From assembly GCA_025786725.1 (NCBI GenBank), contig JAHLTZ010000033.1:186001-250000 (forward strand): a stretch of DNA of 64,000 nt, given 5' to 3'. This DNA is from Syncephalis fuscata S228. Taxonomy: Eukaryota; Fungi; Zoopagomycota. The notes beneath the pieces are model-generated. The model searched no databases. It was given only the letters and a program-made list of their open reading frames with translations, and had not been told where the DNA came from. A program made the position numbers and the translations under genes. Positions 23,157 to 34,314 of this stretch are shown piece after piece. The number at the start of each line of letters is the position of its first letter. Position 1 is the first letter of the stretch.

Positions 23157-25688
23157 ATGACTAAAGAAAGCAAACTTATTCTGGAGCCCAACCGACCCAG
23201 TCTTGAAACAGTTCAAAGCAACAACGGCAACAGCTCTACTACTTCAGAGGCCAACAAAGCAGCGTCCACCGCTACCCATACTACACCTAATGGCCCAGTA
23301 CTTTCACAACTATCACCGTATATAGTTGGCTATCTGGGTATTACACCTTGCTCAGTGCAAGGTTTGGTACGTGTGAAATACCCTTCAGACAAGCCAGTAA
23401 AGGCACGCCGTCTTACTGTGACTCTGACAGGTATTGTCCGCACTAAATGGACTACCCGTACAATTGAACCAGCCGATGGCGCGTTGCACTCTAACGATGG
23501 CCACACAGGCAAGGTGATACGCGAGCACAGTGGACTTCGTGGTAGTTTAGAGGCAAAACTATCGGGTGGTGGCAAATCCGATGCCAAAGGCAGTGGCGGA
23601 AAGAGTGGGGGAAAGTTGTCGTCTAGCACAACGTACAGCTACTCGACTTCAGGCAACAATAATGGTGTAGAAATGGTAGAAATTATACATACACACCAGG
23701 CTGAAGATGTTATATTATCACTATCACAAGATTTATGGCGCACGACAGCCGGTGATGGTTGGGGCACACTAGGTGGGGAGCACGCATTTCCGTTTTATTT
23801 CTCGCTACCGGCCGATTTACCTGACTCATTGGAATCAGAGTTTGGATCGGTACGCTACGTGCTGTCAGCCGTGCTTGAACGACGAGGTCGAATGCTAAAT
23901 ACAGCCGGCCGCAAAGTAGTTGATGTGCCATTAGCCATTCACCGTGCGACGCTCTCTACGCTACATGAATTGACACGTCCACGCAAATGGCAGTCAGATC
24001 CAGCCTGGTCGGCCAGCAGTGGTATTGCCTATGAAATGTCTGTACCAAGAGCGACTTTTGGGCCAGGAGATGCGCTAGAAGCCGTTATAAAGATGAAAAT
24101 AGCATCCCCAGGCAATGTAAGATTTCTAGGGGCCAGTCTTGGGATAAAAGAGTATATTACGTATCGAGCCAACAACATTACACGTACCGAAAGCACCTAT
24201 GTTACTAGTGTGGATATCGATGATCAAGGCCATGTAAAACATACAACTGGCCAGCCACGAGCTATTTCATCTAAAGAATCGGATAAAAAGTCGAAATCCA
24301 CCAATGCAGCCAATGCTGTAGTAAGCAAACCAGCTGGACAAACTGATCGTGTTAATAAAGATGGAACACGTGAGGTGCAACGGACAATTATGATGCTGCG
24401 TGATCCTGATGTTCGTTCCTCGATTACTACACGGCTTATTTCAATCCGGCACAAGTTAAAGCTAAAGCTAAAGCTTGCCGGAGAAAAAGACATTACGGTT
24501 GATTGTCCTAGCTGGCTGACTGGCATAACACGTACTGAATGTCAACAGCTAGAAGATTGGCTGCGTAGTAAGGCAGATGCAACGGCAGTTGCTATAAGAC
24601 AATACACAGACGAAGTTGATCCGCCAAAAGATGCACGGGCACGTCAGCGAGATCGTTATCGTTCTAGTAATAGTTATCATTTGTTGCCAGGCGTTGCACG
24701 TCATGCTATTTATTTACAATTAGCAGATGGTATTGCCGGCCTACCAAGCCATATGACAACAAAGGATGCGTCAGTCGCGTTGGCCGTGGCAGCTCGTGCC
24801 TCAACCGCTCAAGCATCAGGTGATAGCAATGCTGATTCATATGCTTATGTACACTATTCACGCCCAGGTGCACCGCATAGTGGTGTTCCTCAATATGATG
24901 TAAATCAAAAAAATAGGCGATCATTAGCATTTGGCGAACTAGACGATAAAAGTCGAGCCCAGCCTGGTGGCGGCATTGGTCATCGACAAGCACCTATCGG
25001 CAATGAGGCTGATGAGGCAGCACGTCGCTACTCGATGCCGGTATTTCCTGGTGATGGTGCTGATGCGCGAATAGTAAGCGGTCCACCACCCATCGGCTAT
25101 TATGGGGCCAATCCATACTATTCTCCATATAGTCCGTATGGTCCACCACCAGCACCCCATGCTGTGACTACTGGCGCTCCAGCTCATGCATATTATCCAT
25201 ATGGTGCTATGCCTAGTCCTTCGGCACCTTATGGATTTAATGGCCAAATGCCAGATTCTCGTCCAGCACTAGCAGAATCAACGCCACAAAACCCGCAAAA
25301 CGCCAATAATACTACATCAGCCAAAGATAATTCAGCACAAGATAAATCGACTGTATTGACTTCTATTTTAAAAACTACAGCACAATCAGCCACAAATAAC
25401 GAGGACGCAGGAGCAGATAAAAATGGCTGGCGTGAAATACACGACCGTCCCAAGAGTAAAATATTAGTGCCCAAATCATCTGATTCATTTGATTTGAAGG
25501 GCAATAATACGCGATTGACCGAACAGGAGGATAGTGAAGAAAGCGATTGGGAGGACGAAGATGAAGAGAAAGATCCATTGGCTTCAGTAAGAGCGCGTCA
25601 GCTGCGTAAGAACGATAAAGATTTACCTCACTTGCCAACAAGACCGGTTATTCATGACCTTAAAGCATATAGCTCTTCTACCAAGTAG
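23157..25688 (+). CDS. Alpha-arrestin (arrestin N and C domains) with long Pro/Tyr-rich disordered tail
   Basis: GLVRV...[55 protein letters not shown]; single 843-aa ORF. Confidence 0.85.
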   Translation: MTKESKLILEPNRPSLETVQSNNGNSSTTSEANKAASTATHTTPNGPVLSQLSPYIVGYLGITPCSVQGLVRVKYPSDKPVKARRLTVTLTGIVRTKWTTRTIEPADGALHSNDGHTGKVIREHSGLRGSLEAKLSGGGKSDAKGSGGKSGGKLSSSTTYSYSTSGNNNGVEMVEIIHTHQAEDVILSLSQDLWRTTAGDGWGTLGGEHAFPFYFSLPADLPDSLESEFGSVRYVLSAVLERRGRMLNTAGRKVVDVPLAIHRATLSTLHELTRPRKWQSDPAWSASSGIAYEMSVPRATFGPGDALEAVIKMKIASPGNVRFLGASLGIKEYITYRANNITRTESTYVTSVDIDDQGHVKHTTGQPRAISSKESDKKSKSTNAANAVVSKPAGQTDRVNKDGTREVQRTIMMLRDPDVRSSITTRLISIRHKLKLKLKLAGEKDITVDCPSWLTGITRTECQQLEDWLRSKADATAVAIRQYTDEVDPPKDARARQRDRYRSSNSYHLLPGVARHAIYLQLADGIAGLPSHMTTKDASVALAVAARASTAQASGDSNADSYAYVHYSRPGAPHSGVPQYDVNQKNRRSLAFGELDDKSRAQPGGGIGHRQAPIGNEADEAARRYSMPVFPGDGADARIVSGPPPIGYYGANPYYSPYSPYGPPPAPHAVTTGAPAHAYYPYGAMPSPSAPYGFNGQMPDSRPALAESTPQNPQNANNTTSAKDNSAQDKSTVLTSILKTTAQSATNNEDAGADKNGWREIHDRPKSKILVPKSSDSFDLKGNNTRLTEQEDSEESDWEDEDEEKDPLASVRARQLRKNDKDLPHLPTRPVIHDLKAYSSSTK

Positions 25689-25775
25689 TTTGACTAAGCA
25701 TTAATTATTTTAATATTTACTATTGTTTCGTTAATATTCTATGCCATACTATTTAATAATACAACTATTTTTATT

Positions 25776-26604
25776 CTATTGAACTAGTGGTTTAACATTT
25801 TGTATTGTACTTGGATGTGTTTTACGTGCCAATTTTAATGTGTTAATTGCGCGTATTAGATCACTTTTAATTTGTGAAAACTCTGCTGTTAACGCTTCTA
25901 ATCGAGCGATTAACAGGAAATCGCATGCTATTAAAAAGAGTAGTTTAGCATTTTATGATCACTAGCTTTAATCAAACTTACACGAGATGGCATGTGTGGG
26001 TAGGATCTCATAAGCTGCTGCTGTTAGTCGTCGTCGAGCTCGATTACGCTTTACGGCTAATTTACTAATAGTCTTCTTCGAAGCAAGATATCCAACTCTT
26101 TGCCCAGTTATTGGTTGACCCGACTTCCGATCTGTGTAGAAGAATAATTAACATTTTTTAGTAACATTTGCCATAATAATGTGCATACCAACAGGCGGCT
26201 TTCTATTTGACCATGGCCGAGCAGCAAGTACAAACGTATTAGAGTGATATCGAGGGAGTCTTCCCGACATCATAGGAAGAAATGAATTCCTATCTAACGA
26301 ATAAATCAACTAGTTATAGTCGAAGACGACAAAAGCATTAATTTTCCGCAGTTAGCAATAGCCGTTTGCTTACCTTGTTGTTTTCTGATTTGGCTGTAGC
26401 TGCTCTAATGTTATTTAGTTTATTCACTGTTTTTTGTCGATATATTTTTGAGCCTTTTGGCTTAGTTTGTAGATATACCCTTCCAGCTGTATTAATATTG
26501 GGCTTTAGTAAATTAAAGCTATCACTATAAGGTATAAAGCTATGGTGAATTTGTTGTGGCCGTAGCATGGCCAATATACCAGAGTTGAAAATGGATTTTA
26601 ACAT
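25776..26604 (-). CDS. rnpA: Bacterial-type ribonuclease P protein component (RnpA-like) with N-terminal extension, probably mitochondrial; 4 exons, 217 aa
   Basis: Exons 26604-26374, 26309-26189, 26131-25982 and 25927-25776 join through GT-AG introns into one open frame: ...LDRNSFLPMMSGRLPRYHSNTFVLAARP...RVGYLASKKTISKLAVKRNRARRRLTAAAYEILPTHAISSCDFLLIARLEALTAEFSQIKSDLIRAI. Contains the RNR motif. Confidence 0.88.
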
Positions 26605-27489
26605 AGTGAATGGGTTGTTAATAGCGCCAGTATTATTATATCGATAGTACAATAAATATACTTTAAGATGTATCTTATTTATGATACTATACGATTACGC
26701 TAAAGTAATCCCGTCGCGTTTTGTGAATGTGCATACATTAAACAGTTTCGACAGTAGCGTAAAACAAAATAAAATGGATGTGTAAGTAAAAAATGTGTTA
26801 TGTCCATACATGGTAATTCACAATGTCCAGCTCATTCAGGTTTTTTGCCAGTTATACGTATACATTTACTTTTATTCTTGATGCTATTTATGTGTATACG
26901 TGAAGTAACCATATAGAATAGCCTTTATCACCAAAGAAGACATATTAATACTTTACCATATATTTTATATATATGTTCTGTATTTGCTGCATTTATTTCT
27001 ATTAAATATTATAGTTTATTGAAAATAATAGGTTTTTGCACATTGTGTTTATTTCGAATAATATACTAGTAGATATGTTTTTGGCTGTCTTTTAGCAACT
27101 TGGGTTGCAACTAATAGTCTATAGGTCATACTAACATATGTATTAGTAGTTTGTTTATATGTAAATAATTGCTTATATTAGAGCAATCAATTTCAAGCTG
27201 AAATTATTGATGTTCTATATCGTAACTAATCAGTACTGCTGTGTTACTCTCACATAAACGACATAACTATTGCGTCACCCAGTATGGCGGGAATGATTTG
27301 CAGCTGTATACGAAAAAAAGCAGCGATATTACAGATAGCGCTAATTAATATAGCTTATTGTGTTACAATAAAAAAGAATGACGCGTACAGTCGCCTATGC
27401 GAATAGCTTGTGTTAAATTGCGTATGCCATGACCATTAATACTGCCATATTAACTATATTATTTGTCAATAGCTTTTATTTTTGTTAAA

Positions 27490-29317
27490 ATGTCAAAAAA
27501 GATAGTGTTATCGGACGCTGCTATGACGTCTGTATTTGCTGATGCTAATATATCACCACGATCAGCTTCTTCTAAAGACCGACTAAAGGCCATTGTAGCA
27601 TTTAGTAGCGATACGGATGATGTTGATTCTACAAACGAAGACGAACTATTTTTGAAGCAGCAGTCTAGAGGTAGAAAACTATTTAAAAAGCGTGTATATA
27701 ACATTCGACGAGAATGCCGTATACTATTGATACTTACAGGCATAATTGGTGTTTTAATATTCGCAACACTCTTTTTTCAATGGCTAATTGGTCACTCAGA
27801 TGATGTACAAAAGAAAAAACATTTATCCGTACCAATACGCAACTTGCTGGCTTTTACATCGCCTTACGATCCGCCTATTTCAAATACAAGCCTTAATAGT
27901 AATACGTGCAATATCAATGATACAGCTTTGGCTACAGTTCCAAATCGCTGTAATCTTGTACATCTTCAACTTCTTGCTCGTCATGGCTCTCGAAATCCAA
28001 TTGTGGGGTGGAAGAATTGATACATTTGAAAAGGAGCTACAATCTAACAAAAATATAAATTGTCCAAAATGGCTAGCAAAATGGAAATCTCCATATAATC
28101 AAAATAATGCTATAAGCTAATTGAGCAAGGAGTGCTTGAGCTTCAACAGCTAGCTCAACGAGATATTTGCCGCTATGGTAAATGGCTAAACGGCAGAAGT
28201 GGCCTGTCAGACAAAGAAGCAGCCGCAGCACGTCATCAACAAGCATGGTATGCTAGTTCAAGTATACAAAGGTAGGTTTTAAACTGCCAGCTATAAATTT
28301 ATTCATTGCTTTTAATATAGATGTATTGATTCTGCAAATGCTTACGCATCAGTTTTTTCAGGTAAAACATTACCTCAATCAGTAATGCATATTATACCAT
28401 TGGTAAATAATATATGTTATTTATTAAACACTGTACAATAACTTTACAATAATTAGAACCGAGATCGTGTATTATCAATAGGTGGTGGCTGCCACAAATG
28501 GTTCTCTCAAGTAGTAATCTTACTGCTAAAATGAGTTTTTACAGCCTTATGCGAACCATTATCTACCAAATATACTTGAGCTTTTATCGACGCGTATAGG
28601 CTTTAAGATTAAAAAAGACATGCTTGATGCTTTGGGAGAGTTATGCGCATTTGATTATATTAAAGAAAATCGTCAGGACCACTGGTGTCAATTACTATTA
28701 TCTAAAGAAAACAGACTATTAGGCGAGTTAGCAACAGATGCAAGCGACAAACAATTTCCCGTTAAAGATCCAAGTCCACTGGAATACTACGATTTTATTA
28801 CAGATATTGAATACTATCATCGATGCGGCGCATTACATTCTAATAATAAGCGGATTTCATGCGGACTATTTACTCAAATGATTAATGAAATGCAACAAGC
28901 CATTCATGGCCACCTACCATTACGTTGGCGTTTACGATTCGGCCATGGAGAAACGATATTACTATTATTGAATCATTTGGTAAGTTATATAAGAAAATAA
29001 TTATCAATGCTTTTACAAACTTTTATTAGAACTTATACACGGAAACACCAACTTTTGACCAACATCGTGCCTTCCGGACATCGCGTATTAGTCCATTTGC
29101 AGCCAATATACATTTTGAGCTACTTAAATGTACAAGCGGTAACAACAATGACAAGGATGCTCAAGGCTATTTTGTACGCATGCTGCACAATGAGCGTCCC
29201 GTTCAAATACCAGGCTGTCCCGCGGATAACATACTTTGTCCTTGGAAACAATTTTACAAAGTTGCACAGATGCGAATTGGACACTGTGATATGAATGAAA
29301 TCTGTGGTCCTGAATAA
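27490..29317 (+). CDS. Second MINPP1/phytase-type histidine phosphatase, type II membrane anchor, with apparent frameshifts (pseudogene or assembly error)
   Basis: RHGSRNP, RFGHGETILL, FRTSRISPFAANIHFELLKC, FVRMLHNE, IPGC. Frame breaks near 28010 and 28115. Confidence 0.78.
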
Positions 29318-29334
29318 ACTTTATTTACTTTATT

Positions 29335-29929
29335 CTAGCTGCTTAATAGTTTTTTAAGCATATTTTCCACCTCCTGCAATAAATGACGCGATTTTCCCAT
29401 GCCATTATCGGTATTTAGCGACGGTTTTAGTGCGATACTGACCAGAAGTGGTCGCTGTTCATGCGGACGACATGCAGTAATAACCTGAGCTAATTGCGTA
29501 ACATAAAGTGTATGTAATGGCTGTTGTTCTATCGACACGCCAAATAATGGGTGGGCCATCCATTGGCTACATGTTATCAATAACGATGACGACGCTTCAT
29601 CATCCGGTGACGACTGCGACTCATCAAGTGAAAACTGCGATAATTGTGTGGCAGCTGAGTGAGTAGCGCCTTCACTTAGTGCACAGTGCAGCTAAATACA
29701 TATAATTAGATTAGTCAGTTTATTGTTAACGTCAGTTATAGCCTACCAAGCCGCCCAGCTTACCAAGCTGAGTGATAATAAGAAAGAGTCGATTGTGGAA
29801 TTCCAGCAATACTAGTTCTGTGTGTACATTGTCAATAAGCGCAGCACTCTGTCGCAATTGAACAGGAAATAACGGACTAGTATTATTAGTGCCGCTTTCC
29901 ACGTTAGATGAGGCTAGCGTTGTCGTCAT
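29335..29929 (-). CDS. Proteasome assembly chaperone 3 (PAC3/PSMG3-like), 2 exons
   Basis: FPVQLRQSAALIDNVHTELVLLEFHNRLFLIITQLGKLG and LYVTQLA...RPLLVSIALK match the PAC3 family pattern. Confidence 0.78.
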
Positions 29930-30034
29930 AGCCGAAACTATAGAATACAATAGTAGGAATCACGCTTGTTGAAAGCAAGTTAAGCAATAAAAAAGTATGG
30001 TGACAAAGTGTGAACATACGCATTTTTGTTTTAT

Positions 30035-30984
30035 TTATGTAAGATAATGAATAATTGCCCACATTAAGAAGATACAAATGATAACACCGGCGAAAAAGAT
30101 AAATTTGTCTTGTGTTGAGCGTCGTTCAATATACTGAATAACCGATCTTGATAAACCAAGTGTATTGGCTGCATCTAAAATGCGTCGCTGTGTGCCCTAT
30201 ATCAATGTAAGTAAATATCTATTTATACTAGTGTAATGACCTACTTTTAGAATATGTCGTTGTTCAACTAGATTGTTGAGTGCTGATCGACCTTGAGCAA
30301 TAAATGAATCTAGCTGATGGTCAGTAAAATCGGCCACGTCATTTTCCCGCTGTGCAAAGTCGACCATATTGATGGTGGTTGATTCAGCCTAGATTACCAG
30401 TAATTAAATACAGTTAATATTCATAATTGTCGCTAATACTTCTACTTACTTCTGGTGATTGCTGTAACAATAGTTCTCGTTCATTATTATGCATAGTCTG
30501 ATGGTAATTTAATGATAAATAAATTAGTATAGAGCCTTATAATTAGCTGTGCTCTCTATTTACCCGTGCATTTGCTTGATGCTGTATACGTTCCAATGAT
30601 TGTTTCATACTAAAGTAGTCGTCTCGGAATTTGCCTACACGCCTATTGTGGCAATATGTAATTCATTAGTCTATCAATTATATAATAGTGCAAATAAAGC
30701 GTACACTTGGCCCATTTGTTGCTTATCAGGATTGAGTTCTCGTTTGGCCATCGATTCATATTCGCCAATATATCGCTGTAAACGTTGTAGACCATCTCGA
30801 ATGGTTTCTAATTTGAACGTGTATATATATATCTCTCTGTATTAGGTATATTTGTTGCTATCTATTCAGTTACAGGTTTACTACCTTCTTGTATATTGCC
30901 GGTGGTATGGCCTGATTCATAGGCATCGAGATTACGCTGCACCGACTGTACTTGTTTCAGTGTGCGATTGTATGCTGCATTCAT
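30035..30984 (-). CDS. BOS1: ER-Golgi Qb-SNARE Bos1/membrin (GOSR2), 6 exons; not in ORF track
   Basis: Spliced translation: MNAAYNRTLKQVQSVQRNLDAYE...YESMAKRE...RVGKFRDDY...LDSFIAQGRSALNNLVEQRHILKGTQRRILDAANTLGLSRSVIQYIERRSTQDKFIFFAGVIICIFLMWAIIHYLT*. Confidence 0.9.
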
Positions 30985-31500
30985 ATTGTAGTTTTAAGCA
31001 AGTGGTACACGCAATGCAATCTGTAAACGGCCAGATGCCAACGATGCTGTTATCAATAAAGAAAATACACCTATGCTTATCGGTTATAAGACTAATAGAG
31101 GGGTGGCAGTGGCATTTGACGTTGGATAGCACCAACAGCAACAGTAATAACGACGACAGCAACAAGCAGCGTGGCGGGAACAAAAGTATAATAAGCTATC
31201 CTTCTTTCTGTCGTTCTCAGCTATCATTGATGTTGTCGTGCCACACGCACACACACACACACACATATATATATCACATCTGCACACATGACACAGATCG
31301 AGTTGAATCTGATTAAATACACCTCGGATCAAGTCAGATGGCGATGATGATTCTTTATCGATAGGCTACTTTTTTTCTTTGCCACATCTTTGTTGACACT
31401 TTTCTTTCTCTATTTTTCCTGGCTGTTGTGCATACAATAAGCCTATCGGTACGCTATTCATCCACGTTCAACAAGAATGCATACTGTGGAAGTGATCGCC

Positions 31501-33742
31501 ATGTCAAAAGAGAAGATTCAGCAGTTAGTGCTGGCAACATTGGACCGTGACGGCGAGATAGTCGACAGTCAGCAACTAGGCGTGCCAGATCAACTTGAAT
31601 TACTCGGCGTTCTTAACAGTTTAACACACAGCGAGGCAAGCATTTGTAAAGCGGCTATTGGTTGATGAATTTAATATATTATATACATTTAGGTGGTTAA
31701 CTACCAATCGATTGACCGTGAACTATGGCTACTTACAGAGGAAGGTCGTGAGATTGCTGAAAACGGCAGCCACGAGGCAAAAGTGTTCAACGCAGTACCT
31801 GTAGGAGAGACGGGTATTCCTATTGCTGAATTGCAAGTAAGTGATATATTAATTAAACAGAATTTGGCTAACAATTGATGTAGAAATTACTAGGACCAGT
31901 AGCAAAAGTTGGTCAAGGACAGGCTTTTAAAAATAAATGGATTGGCAAGAATGGCGCCAATCTTGTTCGCCTAGTAAGTAATTCAGATGAGCGATAATTA
32001 TTCGAATTAATAAAATACGTAATATTTATTTAACTATTTAGGTAGATACGATTGACGATACAACACGCGCTGACCTGTGTAAGATCAGAGACACAGCTTC
32101 TCATCCTGATGCGGCTCTATTGCAACAGCTACGTCGTCGTAAGCTGTGTGATAAACAGTAAGTTTATAGCATTAATAAAAATACCAATAATATATAGTAG
32201 ACATTAATAAAATAATAAAATAGAAAGGTGACCACATATTCCGTCACAAAGGGACCACAATTTACATTGGATGTCAAGAAACAAGCTACTGATTTAACAG
32301 CAGAGATGCTTCAAAGGTAAACGAACTTATCGACAATTTGAACAGGATTAATGATTATATAATTAGCGGAGAATGGGAAAATTTATCGTTCAAAAAGTTC
32401 AACTTTGAAGCTGAAGGTGTTTCACCTAATGGCGGTTATTTGCATCCATTAATGAAAGTGCGTGAGGAATTCCGTCAAATCTTTTTTGAAATGGGGTAAG
32501 TTATTAATTAATTAATAAAAATGCGAATAGCATATCATTAATACCTATTATAATACAGATTCACTGAAATGCCAGCCAACAAGTTTGTTGAATCGTCATT
32601 TTGGAACTTTGATTCATTGTTTCAGCCACAACAACATCCAGCTCGTGATGCACACGACACCTTTTTCTTAAAGGGTAATTTGTATATAAACAGCATATAT
32701 TGCATGGATATTAATTATGTTAATTAATAGATCCGGCTACCACCAATGAATTCCCACCTGATTATTTGGAAAAGGTCCGTACTGTTCATAGCAAAGGTGG
32801 ATATGGATCGATCGGCTATGGCTATAACTGGAAGATTGAGGATGCCGAAAAGCTATTGTTACGCACACATACAACAGCAGTTAGTGCAAATATGCTTTAT
32901 AAACTTGCTCAACAGGTAATATATCACAAATATGTTATACAAATAATTAGTGCTAATCAATAACTAGCCGGAATTCAAACCTGCCAAATATTTCTCCATC
33001 GATCGTGTGTTCCGTAATGAAACGGTAGATGCTACACATTTAGCCGAATTTCATCAGGTTGAAGGCGTTATTGCAGACCGTAATCTTACTTTAGGCAATC
33101 TCATTGGATTTATGGAACAATTCTTTCGTAAAATGGGTAATTAATAGTATTCATTGCTATATATTATAATTAATTAATTAATTAATCAATTAATCAATTA
33201 ATCAATTACTTGACTAATTAATTAGGCATTGAAAACATTGTATTTAAACCAACCTACAATCCATATACTGAGCCTAGTATGGAAATGTTTTCCTTCCATG
33301 AAGGTATCTATTCTACTCTATTTCATTTTATTTATTTTACATGAAACACTAATTAAAACACATAATGATAACGATAACACTAATTATAGGTCTTGGCAAG
33401 TGGGTTGAAGTTGGCAATTCTGGCATGTTCCGTCCTGAAATGCTTCTGCCTATGGGCCTTGATGCCGATGTTCGAGTTATTGCCTGGGGTTTATCTCTTG
33501 AGCGGCCCACGATGATTAAATACGGCATTGACAATATCCGTGACTTGATAGGACATAAAATTGATTTGGAGCTAATTCAATCTAATCCTATCTGCCGGTA
33601 AGTAGTTATAAATAGTCCACCAGTGCAATACCGATAGAATACTTATTAACACACTATAATACCCACTCCTATTAGATTGGACAAGAGCTCTAACAAGGAT
33701 AAAGCAGTGATTGCAACACCGGCTGCCGTGCCATCCGAGTAA
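31501..33742 (+). CDS. FRS2: Cytoplasmic phenylalanine--tRNA ligase alpha subunit, multi-exon
   Basis: LTEEG...[99 protein letters not shown]. The first intron (31636-31692) is GC-AG. Confidence 0.96.
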
Positions 33743-34314
33743 TTTTTGGTATAATCGATTGATCTACAATTAGTAGTAAAGATTGTTTTCCTATTTTATA
33801 CAGTGATCGTGCTGTGATATTAAATATTTTAAGATATATCTATTAATAGATAGACAGGTTTAACAGCATGATTTTTATTACGCCAATTTTTGTTCTAGCA
33901 AATGTAATTGGCATTAATGAAAATAATAGGCACAGTGAATAGACAAAGAAATGTATTCACACTTTTACACAATGACAGTTACAATCATGGTGTTCCATGT
34001 GTATCAATACCCAGAATAAAGTAGATAAAAGGGCCACTCCTCCACTCCACCAGATATTTATAGTGTAAAAGTACTGAGACCATGGACTGCTCAACAATTA
34101 AAATATCGCCGACACAGATGCATACACCCTGTTAAATATCATCTTTTGTTTCTTTCTTCTTTATTTCAATTCATTCTTTACTTGCCACGCTTGCTGTGTT
34201 TGCATTCTAGTTTACTTTATTCTCTTTACTGCTATCATCAGACGTGTACTCTTACCTTTATTCGTACTATTTGCATACGCGTCAACGTGAGTGCGTGAGT
34301 GAGCGTGTATCATC

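Noticed and set aside
30932-31332. Cys-rich ORFs between BOS1 and PheRS
   Set aside because: They overlap the divergent promoter/UTR region and a CA microsatellite; the BOS1 start at 30984 is in a different frame.
33165-33225. TAAT/TAATCAAT tandem repeat
   Set aside because: Simple intronic microsatellite; a similar tract occurs in a kinase intron near 57890.
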